Below, piece by piece: positions 1-7,694 of a stretch of 64,000 bases of DNA. The position numbers and the translations under genes are program-made. The DNA is from an uncultured Massilia sp. Its GTDB lineage: Bacteria > Pseudomonadota > Gammaproteobacteria > Burkholderiales > Burkholderiaceae_D. How positions within the stretch are numbered: position 1 is the first letter of the stretch; each line of letters starts with the position of its first letter. The notes beneath the pieces are model-generated. The model did no database searches, had not been told where the DNA came from, and saw only the letters and a list, made by a program, of their open reading frames with translations. The stretch covers positions 26,933 to 90,932 of the forward strand of contig CAUSCY010000008.1 of the NCBI GenBank assembly GCA_963529995.1, read 5' to 3'.

Positions 1-59
1 AGGCCGACCAGCTCGACGCCCACTACGACCACGCCGTGAAGCACGACCTGTACGGCTGA
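1..59 (+). CDS. 3' end of an unidentified gene (partial; ...ADQLDAHYDHAVKHDLYG*)
   Basis: The frame ending at TGA 57-59 has G/C at every third codon position, matching the bias of confident genes. Too short to name. Confidence 0.35.
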   Translation, partial: ADQLDAHYDHAVKHDLYG

Positions 60-194
60 TCTCATTGGGAGATGTTATGCGCGGCCAAGCCTGGTCAGAT
101 GTTTTTCGAATAACGATGTAACTTCGTCGTCGTTGGTGTGCGTGCCGGAGGATCGTATAGTGGAGGCTCCCTTATTACGCATGGAGCCAGGCCG

Positions 195-1130
195 ATGGCC
201 GATTTCGATATCCACGGCATCGTGAACGCGCTGCACGACGTACGGCGCCAGTGGCGCGCGGCCCACCGCCCGCCCGGCGAACCGAACGGCATCGCCTTCC
301 CCTCGCTCGACGCCGTCGCCACCATCGTCGGCCAGCTCAAGGGCGTGCTGTTCCCGATGCGCCTGGGGCCGCCTTGCCTGCGCCAGGACAGCGAGAATTT
401 CCACGTCGCCCATGCGCTCGACTCGGCGCTGCACGCGCTGCTGGTCCAGGTGCGCATCGAGCTGCGCTACAGCGCGGCGCTGCGCCAGCTGGGCAGCACC
501 GACATCGACGGCCAGGCCCTGGCTGCCGTGCGCGACTTCGGCGCGGCGCTGCCGGGCATCCGCCAATTGCTCGACAGCGACGTGCTGGCCGCCTACCACG
601 GCGACCCGGCCGCGCGCAGCGTCGACGAAGTGCTGCTGTGCTATCCGGGCATCCTGGCGATGATCCACCATCGGCTCGCGCACCGCCTGTACGCGCTGGG
701 CCTGCCGCTGCTGGCGCGCATCGTCGCCGAGCTGGCGCATGGCGAAACGGGCATCGACATCCACCCGGGCGCGCAGATCGGCGCCGGCTTCTTCATCGAC
801 CACGGCACCGGCGTCGTGATCGGCGAGACGGCCGTCATCGGCGAACGCGTGCGCCTGTACCAGGCCGTCACGCTGGGCGCCAAGCGCTTCCCCGCCAACG
901 CCGACGGCACGCTGCAGAAAGGCCTGCCGCGCCATCCGGTGCTGGAAGACGACGTCGTCATCTATGCGGGCGCCACGCTGCTGGGCCGCATCACCGTGGG
1001 CAAGGGCGCCGTCATCGGCGGCAACGTCTGGCTGACGCACGATGTGCCGCCGGGTGCGCGCGTGGCCCAGGCGGCGTCGCGCGAGGACAATACGGCCGCG
1101 CCGGGCGGCGGCGGGCTGGAAGTACGCTAA
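195..1130 (+). CDS. cysE: serine O-acetyltransferase (long, EpsC-like form)
   Basis: ATG 195 is preceded by GGAG. Hexapeptide beta-helix run DIHPGAQIGAGFFIDHGTGVVIGETAVIGERVRLYQAVTLG. The track ORF starts at GTG 138, but the MADFDIHG start fits better. Confidence 0.85.
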   Translation: MADFDIHGIVNALHDVRRQWRAAHRPPGEPNGIAFPSLDAVATIVGQLKGVLFPMRLGPPCLRQDSENFHVAHALDSALHALLVQVRIELRYSAALRQLGSTDIDGQALAAVRDFGAALPGIRQLLDSDVLAAYHGDPAARSVDEVLLCYPGILAMIHHRLAHRLYALGLPLLARIVAELAHGETGIDIHPGAQIGAGFFIDHGTGVVIGETAVIGERVRLYQAVTLGAKRFPANADGTLQKGLPRHPVLEDDVVIYAGATLLGRITVGKGAVIGGNVWLTHDVPPGARVAQAASREDNTAAPGGGGLEVR

Positions 1131-1134
1131 CCCT

Positions 1135-1221
1135 CGTCGCCCCTGCGCAGGCAGGGGCCCAAGTTGCACGCGTTGCGGTGGCGCTCGCGACATTGGGTCC
1201 CGGCCTTCGCCGGGACGACGG
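1135..1221. repeat. MITE-like inverted-pair palindromic element, family B (CGTCG + 7-bp stem + GNAG loop)
   Basis: Left arm CGTCGCCCCTGCGCAGGCAGGGGCCCAAGTT. Right arm is its inverted counterpart ...ATTGGGTCCCGGCCTTCGCCGGGACGACGG. Starts 4 nt after the cysE stop. Confidence 0.8.
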
Positions 1222-1258
1222 TTTCACGGCCAACGGGTGTCGTTCAATGCGCCGAGGC

Positions 1259-2293
1259 CTAATTCGGGCTCTCGACTGCGTACCCCTTGGCCTGCAGCGC
1301 AGCCAGGTAGCCTTTGGGGCCGACGATATCGCGCATCTCCAGCACGGCAAACGTCGATGCGTTGGCGGCCAGCGATTTCTCCGCCGTCCTGAGCCACGAC
1401 ACGCGCAGGCGTTCGCGCATCTGGCGCAGGCCGGCCGCATCCTTCACGAAGGAACTGCCCAGCACGGCATCGAGGCAGGTGTCCTGGCGGTCGGCGAAAT
1501 CCAGGCTGCGGATCTCGGAAATATTGCCGTTGGCCCAGGCATTCGCGCGCAGGCGCATCGTGTCGAGGTCGACGTCCAGCGTGTCGAGCGTGCTGGCCAG
1601 GCAGGCGACGTCGTCGACCTGCGAGGTCTTGAAGTCCTGGACCAGCTTGCGCGGATCGTCGAGCATCACGTCGTAGCCGGAATCGCTCACGCGCACCTTG
1701 TTCTTCTTCGCGATCTTCTCGATCTTGCCGAACACTTCGGTGCCGAAGCTCAGGCCGTTCTTCTTGACGCCCGCCAGCATCAATTCTTCGCCGGCGAACA
1801 GCGGGCGATAGTGTTCGACGCCGCTGTCGTCGCCGATGTATTTTTCCTTGAGCACCGTCCAGTGCGTGTAGAGCTCGGGCGACAGCACGTCGCGCAGCAC
1901 GGCGTCGTCCGGGTTCTTCTTGATGCCGATCAGTTCCGGCAAGGCCGTCAGGCCGCTGAAGAAACCGATATGGGCTTTCGCGATCGGCGGCTTCAGCACT
2001 TCCTGCGAACGGCCCACGAGGCGCTCGATGCGCGAGGTATCCCATTCCATCTTCGCCGGCAGCGGCGAATAGGTGCCGAACACCCATAGCACGTGCCCGC
2101 CCCGGTTCGTCACCTTCCAGACGCCGGGACCAGGACGGCGGCCGGACACGACCACGGTGGCCGGTGCGCTCGCCTCCACGGCGGCCGCGGGCGGCGCACT
2201 CGCATCCGCCGTCTGCGCCTGCGCGGCCGACGCGCCGAGGTACAGGACGAACGCCAAGTGCTTTGTATTCAGATAATGTTTCATCACCATCAT
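1259..2293 (-). CDS. TraB/GumN family protein, secreted
   Basis: Signal peptide (...LYLGASAAQAQT). Core GGHVLWVFGTYSPLPAKMEWD... resembles the GumN/TraB family. Tandem paralogue lies next door. Confidence 0.7.
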   Translation of the reverse strand: MMVMKHYLNTKHLAFVLYLGASAAQAQTADASAPPAAAVEASAPATVVVSGRRPGPGVWKVTNRGGHVLWVFGTYSPLPAKMEWDTSRIERLVGRSQEVLKPPIAKAHIGFFSGLTALPELIGIKKNPDDAVLRDVLSPELYTHWTVLKEKYIGDDSGVEHYRPLFAGEELMLAGVKKNGLSFGTEVFGKIEKIAKKNKVRVSDSGYDVMLDDPRKLVQDFKTSQVDDVACLASTLDTLDVDLDTMRLRANAWANGNISEIRSLDFADRQDTCLDAVLGSSFVKDAAGLRQMRERLRVSWLRTAEKSLAANASTFAVLEMRDIVGPKGYLAALQAKGYAVESPN

Positions 2294-2314
2294 CTTACAG
2301 AAGGATGCGCTCGC

Positions 2315-3364
2315 CTACCGGGGACTCTCGACCGTATAGCCCTTCGCCGCCAGGTCCGCCAGATAGCCGCGCTCGCCGAGGATGTCCTTCATCTGCAGGA
2401 TGGCGAAGGTCGAGGTATTGCCGGCCAGGGATTTCTCCGCGCTCTGCAGCCAGGCAGCGCGCAGGCGCCCCGGCATGTCCTGGAATTGCGTGTTGTTGCG
2501 GGCGACGGAGCTGTTCAGGATGGCGCTGTTGCAGGCGTCTTCCCGCTCGGTGAAGTTGACGCTGCGGATCTCGGCGATATTGCCGTTGGCCCAGGCATTG
2601 GCACGCGCACGCATGGCGTCGAGGTCGCCATCGATGCTGTCGATGGTCTTCGTGAAGCAGGCGACGTCGTCCATCTGCTGCTTCTTGAATTCCTGGATCA
2701 TCTTGCGCGGCTCTTCCACGTCGAACTCGAAGCCCGTCTTGCTGACCTTGACCTTGTTCTTCCTGGCGATGTCCTCGACGGCCTTGACCACTTGCACGCT
2801 CGTGGCCAGGCCGTTCTTCTTCATGCCGGCCTGGCGCAGTTCCTGGCCGGCGAAGATCGGGCGGTAGCGCTCGACGCCGTCGTCCTCGCCAAGATATTTT
2901 TCCTTGAGGCCCGTCCAGCGCGCATACACGTCGGCCGGCACCACGTCGCGCAACTGGGCGCCGTCCGGGTTCTTCTTCAGGCCGACCAGGCTGGGCAGCA
3001 GAGTAATGCTGCGGAAGAAGCCGACGTGGCCGTTGGCGTTTGGCGGCATCAGCACTTCCTGGGAACTGGCGACGAGGCGTTCGACGCGCGATGCATCCCA
3101 CTCCAGCTTCGCCGGCAGCGGCGAATAGGTACCGAACACCCACATCACGTGCTCGCCCTTGGACACCTTCCACACGCCGGGGCCGGGACGGCGGCCCGAG
3201 ACGACGATCTGCGTCGGCGCTTCGCTCAGTTCGGATGTGGGTTCGGCGGCTGCCTGGTGCGCCTCCTGGCCAGGCTCGGCGGAGGACGCGGGTGCGCCCG
3301 TCTGCGCCAGCGCCGGCAGGGCAAGGACAGCGAAGTACAGCGCGCATGCGGTTCGTTTGCTCAT
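2315..3364 (-). CDS. TraB/GumN family protein, secreted (paralogue)
   Basis: Start taken at ATG 3364 (MSKRTACALYFAVLALPALAQT signal peptide); the track ORF begins at TTG 3406. Collinear similarity to 1259..2293 throughout. Confidence 0.7.
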   Translation of the reverse strand: MSKRTACALYFAVLALPALAQTGAPASSAEPGQEAHQAAAEPTSELSEAPTQIVVSGRRPGPGVWKVSKGEHVMWVFGTYSPLPAKLEWDASRVERLVASSQEVLMPPNANGHVGFFRSITLLPSLVGLKKNPDGAQLRDVVPADVYARWTGLKEKYLGEDDGVERYRPIFAGQELRQAGMKKNGLATSVQVVKAVEDIARKNKVKVSKTGFEFDVEEPRKMIQEFKKQQMDDVACFTKTIDSIDGDLDAMRARANAWANGNIAEIRSVNFTEREDACNSAILNSSVARNNTQFQDMPGRLRAAWLQSAEKSLAGNTSTFAILQMKDILGERGYLADLAAKGYTVESPR

Positions 3365-3460
3365 CGTGCATCCCTTTGTTGTTGTGTCGCGAAAGATTAG
3401 CGACAAGGACGAGCTTAGCCCATCTCAACAACAAAGTGTTACGATTTTGACATGCATATA

Positions 3461-4183
3461 TCAGAGGCCGAGGTCGCCCTGCTCGCCTTCCTCGGGCGGC
3501 CGCTCCAGGAGTTCGTGCGCCAGTTTCAGGCTGTCCACCATGACCTTGAACGCTTCGCGCTTGGCCTCCTCGCTCGGCACGCGCAGCACGTACGAGGGGT
3601 GGTAGGTGGTGACGACCCAGCGGCCTTCGTGCAGCATGGGCTTGCCGAGGGAATTCTTCAGCGTGACGTTGGCGGTGCGCAGCACGGACTTCAATGCCGT
3701 GGCGCCCAGGGCCACGATGACGGTCGGCTGGACGCTGGCGAGTTCCTTGTCGAGCCAGTAGTGGCAGGCCTCGATCTCGCGCTGCACGGGCGTCTTGTGC
3801 AGGCGGCGCTTGCCGCGCGGCTCCCACTTGAAATGCTTGACGGCGTTGGTGACGTAGATCGTGTCGCGGTCCACGCCGGCCTTCTCGCACACGCTGTCGA
3901 GCAACTTGCCGGCCGGGCCGACGAAGGGCTGGCCGGCCAGGTCTTCCTGGTCGCCCGGCTGCTCGCCGACGAACATGATCCGCGCCTTCTTGGGCCCCTC
4001 TCCCGGCACGGCCTGGGTGGCGAATTCCCACAGCTCGCAGCGGCGGCACTCGTCCAGCCTGGACGGCTGCTGGCGTTCGGGCTGGGCATCGGCGGGGGCG
4101 ATGGGAATCGTCGTGCCCTTGCGCTGGCCGACGGCTTCGTACTGACCGACCTTGCGCGCGCCGCGCGCTGCGTCGCCGATCAT
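3461..4183 (-). CDS. UdgX-like family-4 uracil-DNA glycosylase domain protein
   Basis: CRRCELW cysteine pair, motif A GEQPG, motif B HPSYVLR and a KRRLH loop (compare UdgX KRRIH). Same reading frame as the upstream DUF4130 ORF. Confidence 0.85.
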   Translation of the reverse strand: MIGDAARGARKVGQYEAVGQRKGTTIPIAPADAQPERQQPSRLDECRRCELWEFATQAVPGEGPKKARIMFVGEQPGDQEDLAGQPFVGPAGKLLDSVCEKAGVDRDTIYVTNAVKHFKWEPRGKRRLHKTPVQREIEACHYWLDKELASVQPTVIVALGATALKSVLRTANVTLKNSLGKPMLHEGRWVVTTYHPSYVLRVPSEEAKREAFKVMVDSLKLAHELLERPPEEGEQGDLGL

Positions 4184-4216
4184 CTGGGGGACGATCTTCG
4201 CTTCCGGCAGGTTCTT

Positions 4217-4219
4217 TCA
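4217..4219 (-). other. in-frame TGA separating the DUF4130 and UdgX ORFs
   Basis: ...HIASDR-TGA-KNLPEAKIVPQ-M(4183)... The stop codon begins at 4219 and the ATG at 4183, 36 nt (12 codons) apart, so there is no frame change. Confidence 0.9.
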
Positions 4220-4990
4220 GCGGTCCGAGGCGATGTGCTGGTGCATGATGTCCGCGTTCAGGCGCGCCGGGTTGAACACGCTGCGGTAATAGGTCAGCCA
4301 CAGCGCCTCGCCGCTGTCGTCGAGCTCTTCCGGCCCTTTGACGATCGGGCCGGCGTCGTGCAGCGTCTGGCCGTCCCACAGCACGCTCGCCTCGGGCGTG
4401 GCGATCATCCAGCTGACCTTGCCCATGCGCGCGACGAAGTGCCGGGCCACCTGGGGCAGCACGTCGTGGCGCGGCTCGTACCAGGCGACGAAGCGCGGCG
4501 GGCCCGCCTGTTCGGGACGTTCGCGGAATCGGATATAGGCATGCATGTCGTGCTCCTCGCGTCGCACCGCCTTGACCATCGCATTCAGGCGCGCGCCGTC
4601 TTCGTCGGCCGGCGACTGCACGTCGTGCTCGCCCTGCTGCCAGCGCCAGATGACGCGGTACAGGAAGGCCCAGCGGTCCGGCACGCGGCAGCAGGCGGCG
4701 CTCTGCAGCATCTCCATCAACGAACGGGGGATGTGCGGGGCCGGACGGAGCGGCGACTGCGACCGCTCCTGCGCGGACGGCGGTGTGCCTGCATTATCCC
4801 CAGCCGCGTCCGGCGGCGGCGCACTCGTGAGCAGGTCGCCGCCCGTCAGCGGCGAACCCCAGGTGACGTCCTGCGGCGCCACGTCGTGGGCCAGCAGTTC
4901 GCGGGCGGCGTCGCGCCACGCGGCGAAGCCGTCGACCAGCAGCGGCCGGCCGGCGCGCACCTGGTCGATGGCGCCCAGGCCCGTGCTCAT
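4217..4990 (-). CDS. TIGR03915/DUF4130-family putative DNA metabolism protein
   Basis: ATG 4990 overlaps the radical SAM stop as ATGA. Motifs AYIRFRE..., WLTYYRSVFNPARLN are recalled from this family. Confidence 0.75.
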   Translation of the reverse strand: MSTGLGAIDQVRAGRPLLVDGFAAWRDAARELLAHDVAPQDVTWGSPLTGGDLLTSAPPPDAAGDNAGTPPSAQERSQSPLRPAPHIPRSLMEMLQSAACCRVPDRWAFLYRVIWRWQQGEHDVQSPADEDGARLNAMVKAVRREEHDMHAYIRFRERPEQAGPPRFVAWYEPRHDVLPQVARHFVARMGKVSWMIATPEASVLWDGQTLHDAGPIVKGPEELDDSGEALWLTYYRSVFNPARLNADIMHQHIASDR

Positions 4991-6216
4991 GCGGCCTGCA
5001 GTTCCGGCCATAGGTTCATCTGCTCGGGAGCATCGGCCATGCTGCGCCGGAGCAGTTCGGACGAGGCGGCGCCCTGCACCGGCTTGTAGTCCGCGGTGAC
5101 GACGAAGGGCGCCAGCTTCTTCATGCTGCAGCGCAGGCGCGACAGGTCTTCCCAGCGGATGCGGCGCAAGCGGCGCAGGTCGATCAGGCGCTTGGCCGAG
5201 CGCAAGCCGATGCCCGGCACGCGCGCGATCATCATCTCGTCGGCGCGGTTCAAATCGAGCGGAAAGTGTTCGCGGTTGGTCAGCGCCCAGGCCAGCTTGG
5301 GGTCGATGTCGAGCGGCAGGTTGCCCGCCTGCGGGATCAGTTCTCCCGCCGTGAAGCCGTAGCCGCGCAGCAGGAAGTCGGCCTGGTACAGGCGGTGTTC
5401 GCGCAGCAGCGGCGGCGGTGCCGAGGGCACGCTGGACGGGCTCTGCGGGATCGGGCTGAAGGCCGAGTAGTACACGCGCTTGAGCTTGTAGCTACCATAC
5501 AGCGTCTGCGCCGTATTCAGGATGGTGCGGTCGTCGCTGGCGTCGGCGCCGACGATCATCTGCGTGCTCTGCCCCGCCGGCGCAAAGGCCGGCGCCTTCG
5601 GGTGGTCGTCCTTCTCGTCGAGCCTGGTGCGGATGGAACCCATCGCCAGCTTGATCGTGTGGACGTTCTTTTCCGGCGCCAGGCGCGTCACGCTGTCCTG
5701 GGTCGGCAGTTCGATGTTGACGGACAGGCGGTCCGCGTACTTGCCGGCCAGCTCGATCAGGCGCGGGTCGGCATCGGGAATCGTCTTGAGGTGGATGTAG
5801 CCGCGGAACTTGTGCACTTCGCGCAGCCGGCGTGCTACCTCGACCAGCTGCTCCATCGTGTAGTCGCTGGACTGGATGATGCCGGAACTCAGGAACAGCC
5901 CGTCGATGTAGTTGCGCAGGTAGAAGTCCTGCGTCAGCTTGACGACTTCGTCGACCGAGAAACGGGCGCGCGGCACGTTCGAGGTGCGCCGGTTCACGCA
6001 GTACTGGCAATCGTAGATGCAGAAGTTGGTCAGCAGGATCTTCAGCAGCGAGACGCATCTTCCGTCCGGCGTATAGCTGTGGCAGATGCCCATGCCCGTG
6101 GACGCACCCAGGCCGTCCTTGTCCAGCGAGTCGCGCTTGGGCGCGCCGCTGCTGGCACAGGAGGCGTCGTATTTGGCGGCGTCGGCCAGGATCTCCAGCT
6201 TGTCCTTGAGTTCCAT
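4987..6216 (-). CDS. putative DNA modification/repair radical SAM protein (TIGR03916-like)
   Basis: CIYDCQYC (CxxxCxxC) cluster motif. C-terminal HhH-like ARVPGIGLRSAKRLIDLR. ATG 6216 (MELKDKLEIL) has AGGAG 7 nt upstream. Confidence 0.85.
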   Translation of the reverse strand: MELKDKLEILADAAKYDASCASSGAPKRDSLDKDGLGASTGMGICHSYTPDGRCVSLLKILLTNFCIYDCQYCVNRRTSNVPRARFSVDEVVKLTQDFYLRNYIDGLFLSSGIIQSSDYTMEQLVEVARRLREVHKFRGYIHLKTIPDADPRLIELAGKYADRLSVNIELPTQDSVTRLAPEKNVHTIKLAMGSIRTRLDEKDDHPKAPAFAPAGQSTQMIVGADASDDRTILNTAQTLYGSYKLKRVYYSAFSPIPQSPSSVPSAPPPLLREHRLYQADFLLRGYGFTAGELIPQAGNLPLDIDPKLAWALTNREHFPLDLNRADEMMIARVPGIGLRSAKRLIDLRRLRRIRWEDLSRLRCSMKKLAPFVVTADYKPVQGAASSELLRRSMADAPEQMNLWPELQAA

Positions 6217-6229
6217 CCACGGACTCCTG

Positions 6230-6249
6230 TACTGTATGGAAATACAGTA
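6230..6249. promoter_or_regulatory. LexA SOS box (CTGT-N8-ACAG class)
   Basis: TACTGTATGGAAATACAGTA has perfect 8-bp palindromic arms. It lies 14-33 nt upstream of the radical SAM start and abuts its Shine-Dalgarno. Confidence 0.75.
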
Positions 6250-6406
6250 TAACCCGGTGCCGTTGCGCCGACCGTACGCACGCGCACGTCGGCGGGTCAA
6301 ACCCTGGACAGTGTCGGAAAAATGCATATTTTCCGATGCACTGCGGGTCTAAGGAAAAGAGAATGCTACACTTCAAAAGTTGTCCTCAAGACACCTTTGA
6401 AATCCT

Positions 6407-7210
6407 ATGTCCGTACAGTATCGCAACAATGTGCACATCGCCGGAAACGGGCCGGTCACCATGGTGTTTGCCCATGGCTTCGGCTGCGACCAGAGCATGT
6501 GGCGCTTCCTCGCCCCGACCTACGAAGACCGCTTCCGCACCATCCTGTTCGACCTGGTCGGCAGCGGCCGGTCCGACCTGGCGGCCTACGACCGCAGGAA
6601 GTACGGCAGCCTGCACGGCTATGCCGACGACCTGCTGGAGATCATCGATGCCTGCGCATCCGGCCCCGTGGTCTTCGTCGGGCACTCGGTCAGCGCGATG
6701 ATCGGCCTGCTGGCGTCGATCAAGGCGCCCGAGCGCTTCGCGGCCCAGGTCATGGTCGGCCCGTCGCCCAGCTTCATCAACGACGGCGACTACGTCGGCG
6801 GCTTCAACCGCGAGGACATCGGCATCCTGCTCGAGACCATGGAAGACAACTTCGCGGCCTGGTCGGAAAAAGTGGCGCCGATGATCATGGGCGCGCCCAA
6901 CCAGCCGGAGCTGGGCACGGAACTGATCGAAAGCTTCTGTCGCAACGATCCATCGATCGCCAAGCATTTCGCGCGCGTGACCTTTCTCGCCGACCACCGG
7001 GCCGACCTGCCCAAATCGACCGTGCCGGCCCTGATCCTGGAATGCAGCGACGACCTGATCGTGCCGCGCGAAGTGGGCGCCTACATGCAGCGCCATCTGC
7101 CGAACAGCACGCTGGCCGTGATCGACAACGTCGGCCACTGCCCGCACCTGAGCGCGCCGACGGCGAGCTCGCGCGTGATCGACGCATTCCTGGCGCAGAC
7201 GCTGGGCTGA
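6407..7210 (+). CDS. RsbQ/KAI2/D14-type alpha/beta hydrolase
   Basis: VFAHGFGCDQSMWRF, nucleophile elbow GHSVSA, acid residue in ECSDDLIVP, histidine in VGHCPHLSAP. Collinear with B. subtilis RsbQ as I recall it. Confidence 0.85.
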   Translation: MSVQYRNNVHIAGNGPVTMVFAHGFGCDQSMWRFLAPTYEDRFRTILFDLVGSGRSDLAAYDRRKYGSLHGYADDLLEIIDACASGPVVFVGHSVSAMIGLLASIKAPERFAAQVMVGPSPSFINDGDYVGGFNREDIGILLETMEDNFAAWSEKVAPMIMGAPNQPELGTELIESFCRNDPSIAKHFARVTFLADHRADLPKSTVPALILECSDDLIVPREVGAYMQRHLPNSTLAVIDNVGHCPHLSAPTASSRVIDAFLAQTLG

Positions 7211-7214
7211 GCGC

Positions 7215-7694
7215 TCAGGCGTCGAACAGGGACCTGAGCAGGCGGCGGTGGACGTTCAGCATCACGTACGGTCCGCTGACCAGCAGCGCATCGCCGCCCA
7301 TCGCCATCTTCACGTCCTGCTCCTTCCAGCGCATCCAGCGCGGGCCCTTGCGCCGGTAGCGGTGCACCCCCGCGTCGAGACCGGCATACGCGAAGCCGCG
7401 CGCCAGCATCCGGTCCTCGAGGACGCTGAAGGCCTGCGCCCGTCCTGGTCCGCGCACCCGCATGTGCGAGGGGCGCGCCAGCCAGACCGACGGCAGGCTG
7501 CCGGCCAGCGCGCCGACGAGGGGCAGCTCGGCGAGCGCGCCGGCGCCGTTATGCCACCAGATCAGCAGGGCGCCTGCGGCGCACACGAGCGCCACGCAGC
7601 ACGCCCAGCTGAGGAACTGGGAGCGCGAGTTGAACAGCAACCACCGGCGCCATCCCGTGGCGGTCGCCTGGATCTCGCCCAGCTCGATCCTCAC
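7215..7694 (-). CDS. hypothetical small membrane protein (2 predicted TM helices)
   Basis: GTG 7694 overlaps the Sel1 gene stop as GTGA. Hydrophobic segments FLSWACCVALVCAAGALLIWW and LAELPLVGALAGSLPSVWL. Good GC3. No family recognised. Confidence 0.5.
   Translation of the reverse strand: MRIELGEIQATATGWRRWLLFNSRSQFLSWACCVALVCAAGALLIWWHNGAGALAELPLVGALAGSLPSVWLARPSHMRVRGPGRAQAFSVLEDRMLARGFAYAGLDAGVHRYRRKGPRWMRWKEQDVKMAMGGDALLVSGPYVMLNVHRRLLRSLFDA

Noticed and set aside
75-1193. A 372-aa minus-strand ORF and several other overlapping ORFs around cysE
   Set aside because: The plus-strand frame carries the serine acetyltransferase hexapeptide motifs. The others are overlapping shadow frames.
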